Positions 20,231 through 29,676 of a DNA stretch of 64,000 bases are shown one piece after another; position 1 is the first letter of the stretch, and every line of letters starts with the position of its first letter. Made by a program: the position numbers and the translations under genes. The notes under the pieces are model-generated. The model did no database searches and was not told the origin of the DNA. It saw nothing but the letters and a program-made list of their open reading frames with translations. Location of the stretch: positions 1-64,000 of IMG/VR virus record IMGVR_UViG_3300044591_002232, one strand, 5' to 3'.

Positions 20231-20511
20231 TGAAATTATCTAATTACAGGATTAAAAAAGTCACAAAACCTAATGGTAAAGTTTGGTATTTTCCACAGAG
20301 AAAGATTCTGGGATTTTTGTGGCGTAATATAAGCAGCGGATATTCAGATTTTCATTGGGCAAATGACAAAATTATAGAGGATTATGAATCTTATTTGGGG
20401 GATTTAGTTTAATAGAATTTGCCCGAGAAATGTATAAAAGAGGGCAACAAGAACTTAACCAAATCAAATAATTTCTAGTATCATTAAAACACAACTAATT
20501 GGAGTAATTTT

Positions 20512-20700
20512 ATGAGCATTTCGACTAATGGTCAACTTTGCTATGGGTGTCTTTTTGAAGAAGACTATGAATTTCCATGGAGTAATGATGAGTTTGAATA
20601 TGATATTGAGTTATGGTGGAGACATATTAAGGGGTTTGTAAATCCCATAGAAACTCCTTATGATGGAAAGGATCATAAACAGTTAATCATTCGCTACTAA
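20512..20700 (+). pseudogene. Gene interrupted by IS607
   Basis: Removing 20672-22430 rejoins ...TPYDGK to DHGIDVINVKDIKKIIEELENE* in frame. Confidence 0.6.
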
Positions 20701-20736
20701 ATAGTAACGTTAAACAACAAACTTTACTAAATAAAT

Positions 20737-21330
20737 ATGTATGTAACTTTAAGGGAGGCAAGAAAACAACTAGGACTTCATCCAAATACCCTTAGAAAGT
20801 ATGCCGATGAGGGGATTATTGAAACAATAAAAACTCCATCTGGACAACGAAGATTCAATGTTGAATCTTTTATAAAACAAAAACAAAATAGTTTACAAAC
20901 AATTCTTTACTGCAGAGTTTCAAGTGCTAGACAAAAAGACGACCTCCAAAATCAAAAAAATTATCTCATCTCAAAGTACCCAGGAGCAGAGGTTATTATT
21001 GATGTCGGCTCTGGACTCAATTTTAAACGAAGAGGTTTGCGTTCCATTTTGGAACGATTATTGCAGGGAGATTCAATCCAACTTGTGGTTGCCCAGCGTG
21101 ACCGACTTTGCAGATTCGGATTTGACCTCATTGAATATCTCGTCGTTAAAAACGGTGGAGAAATCGTGGTTCTCGATCAAATCGAGCACAGTCCAGAAGG
21201 AGAACTTGTATCCGACATCCTTTCTATCATCCATGTTTTCTCTTGTAGAATACATGGGATGCGAAAGTATAAAAATCAAATCAAAGAAGATAAGGATTTA
21301 CCCAAACCAAACTCAAAGACAAATCCTTAG
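20737..21330 (+). CDS. tnpA: IS607 transposase (MerR-like HTH + serine recombinase)
   Basis: YVTLREARKQLGLHPNTLRKY HTH; YCRVSS catalytic Ser; DVGSGLNFKR. Confidence 0.95.
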   Translation: MYVTLREARKQLGLHPNTLRKYADEGIIETIKTPSGQRRFNVESFIKQKQNSLQTILYCRVSSARQKDDLQNQKNYLISKYPGAEVIIDVGSGLNFKRRGLRSILERLLQGDSIQLVVAQRDRLCRFGFDLIEYLVVKNGGEIVVLDQIEHSPEGELVSDILSIIHVFSCRIHGMRKYKNQIKEDKDLPKPNSKTNP

Positions 21331-22411
21331 ACAATGGTTTGGTGCATCAAGATACACTTATAATGAAACCGTTAAGTTTTTAAAAGAACCAGATACTAAG
21401 GCATCTTGGAAATCAATAAAAACTGGTTTGATTCATTCTTTACCCGATTGGGCGGAAGAAATTCCTTATCAAATTAAATCTGTTGCCGTAAGAGATTGCT
21501 GTAAGGCAGTTTCTATGTGTAAACGAAAAAATAGAGGAATTCCACCAGAAGATTGGCATGAAGTTAAATTTAGAAGCAGACGTGAACCAAAACAAACAAT
21601 TTACGTTCCTAAGACTTCTATATCTAAAAATGGTGTTTATCACACTATTTTAGGGAAATTAAAAATGAGTGAAATGCTTCCCGACAACATTATGGATTCA
21701 AGATTAACATTAGATAATGGTAGATACTTTTTAATAATTCCTTACGAAGAAAAAACAATTCCATGTGAGAACCAAGCAAGAGTTGTTTCTTTAGATCCAG
21801 GAGTTAGAATATTCCAGACATTTTATAACCCAGAATTTTCCGGGGCTATTGGTGATGGCGACATTGGTAGAATAACCAGATTATGTTATCATCTTGATTC
21901 TCTAATCTCAAAACGAGATAAGTCTAAGTCTAGAAAAAAATATAGACTCAATAAGGCTATCAAACGAATGAGAAATAAAATCAAAGATTTGGTCGATGAA
22001 ATTCATCATAAGACTGCAAGGTTTTTGGTTGATAATTTTGATATTATTCTTCTTCCTTCATTTGATGTAAGTCAAATGGTTAAAAAGGGTAAGAGAAAAA
22101 TCAACTCTAAAACGACCAGATCTATGTTGACATGGGCTCATTATAGATTTAAGTGTTTTCTTAAAGACAAATGTGAAGAATTTAATAAGGTTCTTCTTAT
22201 TGTTAATGAGGCCTATACATCAAAAACAGTGTCTTGGAATGGAAAAATTAATTACTCTTTAGGTGGATCTAAAGTTGTTAAAGACAAAAACCATTGTGTC
22301 CCTAGAGATATTAATGGAGCCCGAAATATTTGGGTAAAAAGCGTCTCAAGAATTCTTGAGGCTTTGGGAGATAGCCCCTCAAGTAGCAATACTTGTGCAT
22401 TGTTAACGTAA
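21002..22411 (+). CDS. tnpB: IS607 TnpB with Fanzor-like rearranged RuvC (start uncertain: GTG 20924 or ATG 21002)
   Basis: SLDPG (RuvC-I), ILLP in place of the canonical Glu, NEAYTSKT (relocated Glu), RDINGARNI (RuvC-III); Zn-finger cysteines absent. Confidence 0.85.
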   Translation: MSALDSILNEEVCVPFWNDYCREIQSNLWLPSVTDFADSDLTSLNISSLKTVEKSWFSIKSSTVQKENLYPTSFLSSMFSLVEYMGCESIKIKSKKIRIYPNQTQRQILRQWFGASRYTYNETVKFLKEPDTKASWKSIKTGLIHSLPDWAEEIPYQIKSVAVRDCCKAVSMCKRKNRGIPPEDWHEVKFRSRREPKQTIYVPKTSISKNGVYHTILGKLKMSEMLPDNIMDSRLTLDNGRYFLIIPYEEKTIPCENQARVVSLDPGVRIFQTFYNPEFSGAIGDGDIGRITRLCYHLDSLISKRDKSKSRKKYRLNKAIKRMRNKIKDLVDEIHHKTARFLVDNFDIILLPSFDVSQMVKKGKRKINSKTTRSMLTWAHYRFKCFLKDKCEEFNKVLLIVNEAYTSKTVSWNGKINYSLGGSKVVKDKNHCVPRDINGARNIWVKSVSRILEALGDSPSSSNTCALLT

Positions 22412-22490
22412 GTTAGCAAAAATCTATCGGATCACGGAATTGATGTTATTAATGTAAAGGATATTAAGAAGATTATTGAGGAACTTGAAA

Positions 22491-22730
22491 ATGAGTAAGG
22501 CCCAAAAAATCTGGGAGGCATTTAAGGGAGAACTCACCCAGCCCGCAACTGATGATATGAGAGAAGCCTTGGCAACCGCATTTCGTGAATTAAATACTTT
22601 GTGTTCAGAATCACTATCACCAAACCAGGATATGGATGAGTTTTATGCTAGGCTCTATGGTAGTAGCGATTATGTCGTTTATTCTGACGAAATTGACAAA
22701 GTAGTAAATGAACTAGAAGAACTAGAATGA
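22491..22730 (+). CDS. Hypothetical protein (MSKAQKIWEAF...)
   Basis: ATG overlaps the reconstructed upstream stop. Confidence 0.65.
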   Translation: MSKAQKIWEAFKGELTQPATDDMREALATAFRELNTLCSESLSPNQDMDEFYARLYGSSDYVVYSDEIDKVVNELEELE

Positions 22731-23385
22731 ATTCAAAGAGAAAGATAAAACGAAGACTATCCTATGAGGTCTCTTTTTGGTATAATGGAAATAGAGAAAC
22801 AAAATATTTTCATTCGGCCAAGAAAATGAGGACCTATGTTAATGGTATTCACGAAATTACTGAAGTTGATTTCCCAACTGTGATCATTGAAAAAACTTGG
22901 TGTTATCGAAACCACCACCCAAAACATAAATGGTGGTACGAATCCACTGAACCTAATCAATTCATTTGTTATGAGAAATATTAGGACACCTGACCAACCG
23001 TCCACTCTGCCTTGTGGTGGAGTGGACTTTGACTTACAATAACGAAGTAAACCACCGAACTCCTTATGAATAGTTTGAACTATTATCTTTACAGATTGAG
23101 ATTGACTATTGATGGGTGGAAGTATTGGATGACCACTCCTTATGAAGATTTGCAAAAAATTACGAGTCCATATAATCCAGATGAACTATACTGGAGTGTC
23201 CGTAAAAGTGGACATACAATTGCCGCAAACTTTTGGTATATGGTAAATGATGGTTATTATGATATGATTGATGAATGGGAGGATTTATGAGTTGTATAAA
23301 GCAGGACACTTGACCAACCGTCCACTCTGTCTTGTGGTGGGGTGGACTTTGCCTTATAATGCCCTTGTAACCCACCGAATTCCTT

Positions 23386-23760
23386 ATGAACGAACAACTA
23401 CAGGCTCAAATTACGCAAATTCTCTCTCAGATTATGGTATCAGTCGGAGAAGTCAAGGATTTTTCTGTTGCCCAACTACCTGACATTGCCCAGCAGTATA
23501 TCACTTATGGCCTATGGGCAAATGCTTTTTATGCTGTATTTTCTGGTATGGTTGTTATTGTATGTGTAGGTCTAGGTTGGGGCATTATTAAATATGCTAA
23601 CGATGAAGAAGATGGAGATGTTTTTGTGGGGTTTCCTATCCTCTTTGCTATGGGATTTGTTAGTTTTTTTATTCTTCTTGACAAAATCCATAACCTCATT
23701 ATGGTACTGACCGCACCCAAAGTGTGGTTCCTGCTTGAACTTAAAAACCTTCTTTCTTGA
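23386..23760 (+). CDS. Membrane protein
   Basis: Two TM segments; follows an operator cassette. Confidence 0.7.
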   Translation: MNEQLQAQITQILSQIMVSVGEVKDFSVAQLPDIAQQYITYGLWANAFYAVFSGMVVIVCVGLGWGIIKYANDEEDGDVFVGFPILFAMGFVSFFILLDKIHNLIMVLTAPKVWFLLELKNLLS

Positions 23761-23958
23761 TATTATGGGATTTTTTCTGCTTTTTCTCTATCTTCTAGCT
23801 CTATTTCTTGGTTTTGTTTTTGTTGCCGGAGATTCTAATTCTAGACCAATAAAAAGAGAATCCACTGTAAAATTCTGCATCGAGAAACCTGTAGAATGTA
23901 AAAAAGAGTTTGATTTTTATCAAATGCGCGAAGAATTCAATTCATCCAAGGAGAACAA

Positions 23959-24684
23959 ATGACCTACATTATCAAACACGACTTTAATCAAAATGTTCCT
24001 TACTATGTAAGGCTAGTTGACGACAAGACTTTTGATGAGATTTACGACCCAACTTTTGCTACTCAATTCAATACCAAAAACGAGGCCCAAAAGTGGATTG
24101 ACACTTACTCATCAATGGCCGAACACTCACAGGTTGTTGAAACTGCTGATGCGATTCAAGAGTATGAGAAATGGGTTAAGTCTGGTTCAATTAGGAGAAC
24201 TCTGGCCTGTGTTAATACTTCAATGTCTAGGCCCTACAATGATGAACCTCTTGATGAGGTAATTGATTGGTGGATTTATGCAAAAGAGAATGATAGAGAG
24301 ATCAAATTTAAGCATTATAAAACTTGGCCACAACTTTATAGTATTTCCAAACATCTTTGGGATGTAAATCGATATTCTAATCGTAATTATACAAATTATT
24401 ATATTTCTTTTGAAATTTTCACCCGGAGAGATGGCAAGTTTGAAGATTTTGAATCAGAATTAAATAAGGTCATTGACAAAGTTACCTATAAAGATGATGA
24501 AGGTTATTTAATCTTCTCAATTTTTGACCATTATCTTTCTGAGCACGGTAATAGTGTTTCTTTGCTTATTCATCCAGAATCTAAACACGTAAAGATTAGT
24601 GGACGATACTCTTATGATAACAATGAGTTTTCTTCCCTTGAAGATGCATTTAATTATATGAAAAAGGAGCGTTATTATGAGTGA
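23959..24684 (+). CDS. Hypothetical protein
   Basis: 241-aa ORF with GGAG RBS. Confidence 0.75.
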   Translation: MTYIIKHDFNQNVPYYVRLVDDKTFDEIYDPTFATQFNTKNEAQKWIDTYSSMAEHSQVVETADAIQEYEKWVKSGSIRRTLACVNTSMSRPYNDEPLDEVIDWWIYAKENDREIKFKHYKTWPQLYSISKHLWDVNRYSNRNYTNYYISFEIFTRRDGKFEDFESELNKVIDKVTYKDDEGYLIFSIFDHYLSEHGNSVSLLIHPESKHVKISGRYSYDNNEFSSLEDAFNYMKKERYYE

Positions 24685-24913
24685 ACAAGACGCAAACTTT
24701 TGTCCTAAATGTGGAGGAAATTGCTATAGAGATTCTGTAGACATTGGGGTTGGTGTTATTCACGGCCCATACGGATGCATTAATTGCGGGTGGTCTGAAG
24801 ATTCTTATTATGACTCTAGTGATGGGACTTGCCAAGCAGAATTAGAAAATCCAGAGTACCGTTATGATTCTCGTGGTGGTGCTATTTTGAAAACTCCTTA
24901 TTCTTATGACTAA
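24677..24913 (+). CDS. Zinc-finger protein
   Basis: CPKCG...VDIGVG...GPYGCINCGWSE. Confidence 0.7.
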   Translation: MSEQDANFCPKCGGNCYRDSVDIGVGVIHGPYGCINCGWSEDSYYDSSDGTCQAELENPEYRYDSRGGAILKTPYSYD

Positions 24914-25090
24914 CACTAAAACTCTAATCCAACGCATCGCAACGGCAATCTCAACTGCCCCGCAAGGGGAAACCTATGAGGACTGCCGAAATAATGAGGC
25001 AAAGGCAGTTCTTGACGAGATTGCCGATTGGATTGAAGACCTACAAGTGCTTTGGATTACTCCATCTAGACTTCGTGAAGAGAAAAATAA

Positions 25091-25438
25091 ATGACCAATC
25101 CTGATAACCCAAAAGTCATAAAATCTAAAAACCAAAATTATTCCCAAAGTATTCAAGAATGGGTTGAGATGGGGCAAGTTTGGAAAGAACATCTTGAAGA
25201 ACTTGAAAAAGACAATAAAAACCTAAAGTTTTCTAGGGACTTTTATAAATCAAGGTGCGAACTTCTAGAAAAAGTCCAAAAGTATATGAGAGACCCAGAA
25301 CGAACAATTGTTTGTGACATTCTTGCGAACAATGCCTTACTCCCAGACCCAAAAGGAGAACGATATGGGCAAGACCTTTTGCCTCTTGTAAAAACTAGCT
25401 TCTTTCCAAAAGACCTTGAGGATTTATTTAAAAAATGA
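25091..25438 (+). CDS. Hypothetical coiled-coil protein
   Basis: MRDPERTIVCDILAN motif; coupled ORF. Confidence 0.7.
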   Translation: MTNPDNPKVIKSKNQNYSQSIQEWVEMGQVWKEHLEELEKDNKNLKFSRDFYKSRCELLEKVQKYMRDPERTIVCDILANNALLPDPKGERYGQDLLPLVKTSFFPKDLEDLFKK

Positions 25439-25540
25439 CCAAACAACAAGAAAACTAAACCCATCCACAATCTCCTTATGAACCAAGACTTCCGGTTCTA
25501 TCAAAACCTATAAATACTCGTTCAGAAAACTCTTCACCTT

Positions 25541-25753
25541 ATGGCTCATCCGGGAGACCTAAAAGTGACTGAACCAAGATTTTCAATCCACAGAGACAAA
25601 CACAAAATACAAGAACTCAAAAAAATGTCTAACAATCAGTTTCCTATGATGCACTGTGCAAAGGCGTTATATTCAACAGATGGAGACCTGGATAAGGCGC
25701 TTATTTGGGTGCAACAAAATCCCGTAGATGGTCTAGTAGATTACAAATTATGA
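25541..25753 (+). CDS. EF-Ts N-terminal (UBA-like) domain miniprotein
   Basis: KIQELKKM..PMMHCAKALYSTDGDLDKALIWV resembles EF-Ts VKELRxxTGAGMMDCKKALxExxGDxEKAxEWL. TATAAATA lies at 25509-25516. Confidence 0.6.
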   Translation: MAHPGDLKVTEPRFSIHRDKHKIQELKKMSNNQFPMMHCAKALYSTDGDLDKALIWVQQNPVDGLVDYKL

Positions 25754-26112
25754 ACCTAACACAATTCTTTGATGCCTCAATCAAACTTCAGAATTATGGA
25801 TGTTACATTTATTCTATCAGGGAAGACGAATATAAAAATTACTTTGTAACATTTGCTTATGCTGATGTCTGCTCTGGTCTTGCCTTTGGTGGAATTAAAT
25901 ATACAATTGATTTTTGCCCAACACCAAAATATGTTTATAAAAACGAGCCTAGGGCGGATGTAAATATTAATCAAAAGGTCTCCACTATTGATGAGGCAGT
26001 TGATTTTATTATTGCTGATATTCAAAAACTTGAAGAAGAAGCAAAAGAAGGAGAACGACAAAAAGTTCTTTCTAAACTTACTCAAAGAGAACGAGAACTA
26101 CTGGGAGTTTGA
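25750..26112 (+). CDS. Hypothetical protein
   Basis: ATGA overlap; C-terminal LSKLTQRERELLG motif is shared with 60608..60901. Confidence 0.7.
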   Translation: MNLTQFFDASIKLQNYGCYIYSIREDEYKNYFVTFAYADVCSGLAFGGIKYTIDFCPTPKYVYKNEPRADVNINQKVSTIDEAVDFIIADIQKLEEEAKEGERQKVLSKLTQRERELLGV

Positions 26113-26384
26113 TTATGAAAGTAAAAGCCTTGATTGAAGAACTCCAAGAGTATCCAGCGGATATGGAAGTTCTTATTGATTATGGGTCTCAAATTTATGA
26201 TGGAGAAATCATAGTAAAAGGAAAAGATTTATACCATTGTAATTGTACTTCAAAATTGCAGAGTAATTTTGATTTTTACTCTGAATATGATGAACCTTGT
26301 GTTTATAAGGATGAGGTTGATGGTAAAATAGTAGTGATGAAAGTTCCAACCGAAAAGAAAAAGTTTATTGTTTTAGATTGTTGA
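26109..26384 (+). CDS. Hypothetical protein
   Basis: MKVKALIEELQEYPADMEV small-phage-protein start. Confidence 0.7.
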   Translation: MIMKVKALIEELQEYPADMEVLIDYGSQIYDGEIIVKGKDLYHCNCTSKLQSNFDFYSEYDEPCVYKDEVDGKIVVMKVPTEKKKFIVLDC

Positions 26385-26386
26385 TT

Positions 26387-26500
26387 TTGATTTAAAAACT
26401 CCAAAGGAGTTCTCTTAACCTCACGGTTAAAAATTCCTGCTTCAACGCTTACGCCTTCAGCAAATTCGCTTCGGGTCTTATCTCTGCTCCACAGGCAAAC
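26387..26500 (-). ncRNA. Probable TnpB omegaRNA scaffold / element right end
   Basis: Minus strand reads TTGAAGCAGGAA...CCGTGAGG...AACTCCTTTGGAGTT hairpin, then TCAA, as in IS605 right ends. Confidence 0.55.
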
Positions 26501-27582
26501 CCTGCCAATCCGACAGTTAAAATATTTTTTGCCGCATTAATGTCTCTATCGTGAACTGCTCCACAATCATGACAAGTCCATTCACGGACACTTAACGGCA
26601 TAGAAGATTGAATAGAACCACAAGAACTACAAGTTTTACTTGAAGGGAAAAATCTATCAACTTTCAATAGAGTTCTCCCATACCAGTCGCACTTATATTT
26701 TAATAAAAAAATAAATTGCGACCAAGAAACTTCAGCAATTGCTCTTGCTAATTTGTGGTTTTTCAACATACCAGACACATTTAAGTCCTCAACCACTATC
26801 GTTTGATTCTCACGAACAAGTTGAGTGCTTATTTTGTGATGATAATCTAATCTTGTATCTACAATCTTTTGATGTAGTTTAGCAACTTTAACTCTTGCTT
26901 TCTCACGATTTTTAGAACCTTTCTGCTTTTTATATAATCTTTGATTGAGGATTTTTAATCTTTTTTGGACTTTTCTTAACCACTTTGGATTGGTAATTTT
27001 ATCACCGTTAGAAGTAGCAAAGAAACAATCAATACCTAAATCAAGACCTATCACTTTATCTGTTGGTTCAAGTTGTTTGATTTCTTCTTGACACAACATA
27101 CTAATCATCCATCTTCCGCTTGGTTCAAGTGTGATGGTTATAGTAGAAGGATAAGAAGGGATTTGACGAGACCAACGAATATTCAAGGGTTCTTTTGATT
27201 TTGCTATATAAATCTTACCTTCTTTATACTTAAAGGCAGATTTAGTTAATTCACAAGAGTTTCTGTTTTTTCTCTTCTTAAATCTTGGATATTTACTTTT
27301 CTTTTGGAAAAAGTTTTTAAATCCAGTTTGTAGATGTTGAAGAGATTGTTGTAGAGGAACACAAGAAACTTCATTTAACCATTCATACTCTTCTTTTTTC
27401 TTGAGTTCCGTCAAAAGAGCACTTGTTTGATTGTATCCTACAGAGTTTTTATTTTGATGCCATTCTTTGGTTCTATAATCAAGAAAATGATTATAGACCA
27501 CACGGCAACAACCAAGAGTTTTTCTTAAAAGAACCTCTTGACTTTCTGTAGGATAAAATCTAAACTTGTATGCTCTATACAT
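26449..27582 (-). CDS. tnpB: IS200/IS605-type TnpB RNA-guided nuclease, no adjacent tnpA
   Basis: RAYKFRFYP, GLDLG, VVEDL, CSSCG/CHDCG, DRDINAAKNI; all three RuvC acidic residues present. Confidence 0.95.
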   Translation of the reverse strand: MYRAYKFRFYPTESQEVLLRKTLGCCRVVYNHFLDYRTKEWHQNKNSVGYNQTSALLTELKKKEEYEWLNEVSCVPLQQSLQHLQTGFKNFFQKKSKYPRFKKRKNRNSCELTKSAFKYKEGKIYIAKSKEPLNIRWSRQIPSYPSTITITLEPSGRWMISMLCQEEIKQLEPTDKVIGLDLGIDCFFATSNGDKITNPKWLRKVQKRLKILNQRLYKKQKGSKNREKARVKVAKLHQKIVDTRLDYHHKISTQLVRENQTIVVEDLNVSGMLKNHKLARAIAEVSWSQFIFLLKYKCDWYGRTLLKVDRFFPSSKTCSSCGSIQSSMPLSVREWTCHDCGAVHDRDINAAKNILTVGLAGFACGAEIRPEANLLKA

Positions 27583-27609
27583 TTATGAGTTGTATGTTTA
27601 ACTCATAAG

Positions 27610-27617
27610 TATTTATA
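27610..27617 (-). promoter_or_regulatory. Late promoter TATAAATA for tnpB (26449..27582), followed by a hairpin abutting the ATG
   Basis: Minus strand: TATAAATA-c-TTATGAGTT-aaacatac-AACTCATAA-ATG. Confidence 0.7.
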
Positions 27618-27727
27618 AAAGTTTAACCTTTTCTTAACCTAATTTAGGACACTTTACGAACTGGAACAGGAGCACTTGAAATCCGGTGCCTTTTGTAGTA
27701 TAATGACCTTACAAACAAAGAACCAAA

Positions 27728-28111
27728 ATGACTAACCAAGCAAATTGTAATCATCGCACACCACCAAAACATCACGTTGATTATTTGGATGAAAGAATGG
27801 TAATTGTGAATGGAGTATCTTATACCAAAAAAGAACCAACCCCAATAGTTATTCAAAAAGACGAAAACACCATTGTTGTTGGTGGGGTGGAGTATCAAAA
27901 GGTGCAGCAGGCCCTCACAATCTATGAATTTCTTATTCAATGTGAATATGGAGAACTAAATCCCCCTTATATTGATAAAAAAATTGAAATTGAAACTAAT
28001 GCAGAAAACTTCTTAAATTATCTTTATGAATATTGTGATGTAATTGAAGAAGATGATGATAAACTTGTTGTGAGTATTTCTAAACAACAAATGGTGATGC
28101 CCAATGACTAA
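27728..28111 (+). CDS. Hypothetical protein
   Basis: Follows an operator cassette; shares a VGGVEY/IGGVKY motif with 28104..28364. Confidence 0.7.
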   Translation: MTNQANCNHRTPPKHHVDYLDERMVIVNGVSYTKKEPTPIVIQKDENTIVVGGVEYQKVQQALTIYEFLIQCEYGELNPPYIDKKIEIETNAENFLNYLYEYCDVIEEDDDKLVVSISKQQMVMPND

Positions 28112-28364
28112 TCAACAACATCCTGATATTATTGAAATCGGTGGTGTAAAATACAAACGAATTGTAGAAAACCCAAAACCAGAGACACTTTTTGATATTA
28201 TTTACGAATGGAAGTATAATACCTGTGACCCAACCTGCGAAAAACTTGTAGATATGATTGAAAGTGAATGGTTGCCTCTTGAAGGTTCCCACGACGGAAA
28301 AAGTTATATTTATAGTGCTGGTTGGAATGATTGTATCAAATATCTAAAGAAGAACCTCAAATGA
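28104..28364 (+). CDS. Hypothetical protein, paralogous in part to 37315..37551
   Basis: Shared WLP....GWNxCI motif. Confidence 0.65.
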   Translation: MTNQQHPDIIEIGGVKYKRIVENPKPETLFDIIYEWKYNTCDPTCEKLVDMIESEWLPLEGSHDGKSYIYSAGWNDCIKYLKKNLK

Positions 28365-29676
28365 CTAAAATACTCAAATACATAAAATCCAGAAAAACAA
28401 TCTACGTTCCTTCACTTTGGCTCGGTATTTTGTTAGTTGCTTTTTTCTTTCCACAGTATGGTTTGTGGTTTATGTTTGGAACTGCTTGGGGAGTATTGTG
28501 GATGGTCGCGTACAATTGGTATCACGACAAATGATTGATTATGCTTTGATTGAGTACGAACTCATCTTGGAAGAAGTCGCAAAACTTCCAAGAGCAAGCG
28601 CCACAGACACTTGCGGAACCATCCCTAGTGTGCTAGACTTGCTGTACCAACGACTTTTGGATTATGACTGTTGAAGAATTGATTGAAAAACTAAAAGAGT
28701 TTCCTCTTGACTCAAAAGTGAAGGTTTATGATGATTATTGGGGAGAACGTATAGACCCTCTTATTGATATGTGGGAAAAAGAAGTTGTTTTTTATTCTGA
28801 CCGACGATGACTAATATAATTATTCCTAAAATAGCATACCTTCCTCTTGAATTTACACTTCCTGTGGATGAGTTCTTGAAAATGTGGGACGAAACCTTAG
28901 GAGAACCTACACAAAAAGATTATGATAATTATTGTCGTTCTTGTGCCGTAGAAGTTTTTTACGGTACTTTGAGTGAAGATATTGAAGAAAGTATTCGTTT
29001 ACGACAGGACAATTGAGATGAACTTCAGTGATTTACCCGACAACTCTTGGGAAAAAGTAATGTATAAGGTTGTAGAGTTTATTGGTGGGGATGCCCCATA
29101 CTTATGTAATTGGAGTGATGAAATTCCAACACCGCAAAAAGTAGCAGAAGAGATTGTTTCTATGGTAGCATATCTTGATGATACCGACCCAGATAAGTTT
29201 ATTGAATCCTTTAGAAAGTTTTGTAAAAAATGACTGAACAAAATAGAATCTATTTTTCATACCGAGATGTAAACAGAGAACTACAACACGCATCTATAAC
29301 TCATGAGGATGCTGGTCCATTACTTGGAGATATGATGACGCAATTGTATGAATATATTGCCTGGATAAAAAATTCACCTGGAGGTAAAAATGACTGAACG
29401 CTCAAAATATTATCCAGTTTCTATTGAGAAACTACAAAAGGCAAGCATAGCAGATTTGGCATATCTCATTGCGCCCATGAATATTGGCATAGATTATGAG
29501 TATTTTAAACAAATCAAACATGTTCTTGATATACCAAAACCCTCAAAATCTTTAGAAGAATTCAAACAAGAACTAGATAGTAAATTTGTTGACTTTTTGG
29601 TAAAAACCAAGAGGAAATTTGCTGTATCTAAAGAGAGTGCCGAATAGTAATAAAAACCAATAAAAATCTAAAAACT

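Larger units (their letters stand above)
20672..22430 (+). mobile_element. IS607-family element (tnpA + tnpB)
   Basis: Serine recombinase plus TnpB; GG core at both junctions (aaGGatca at 20670, tcGGatca at 22429). Confidence 0.85.
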
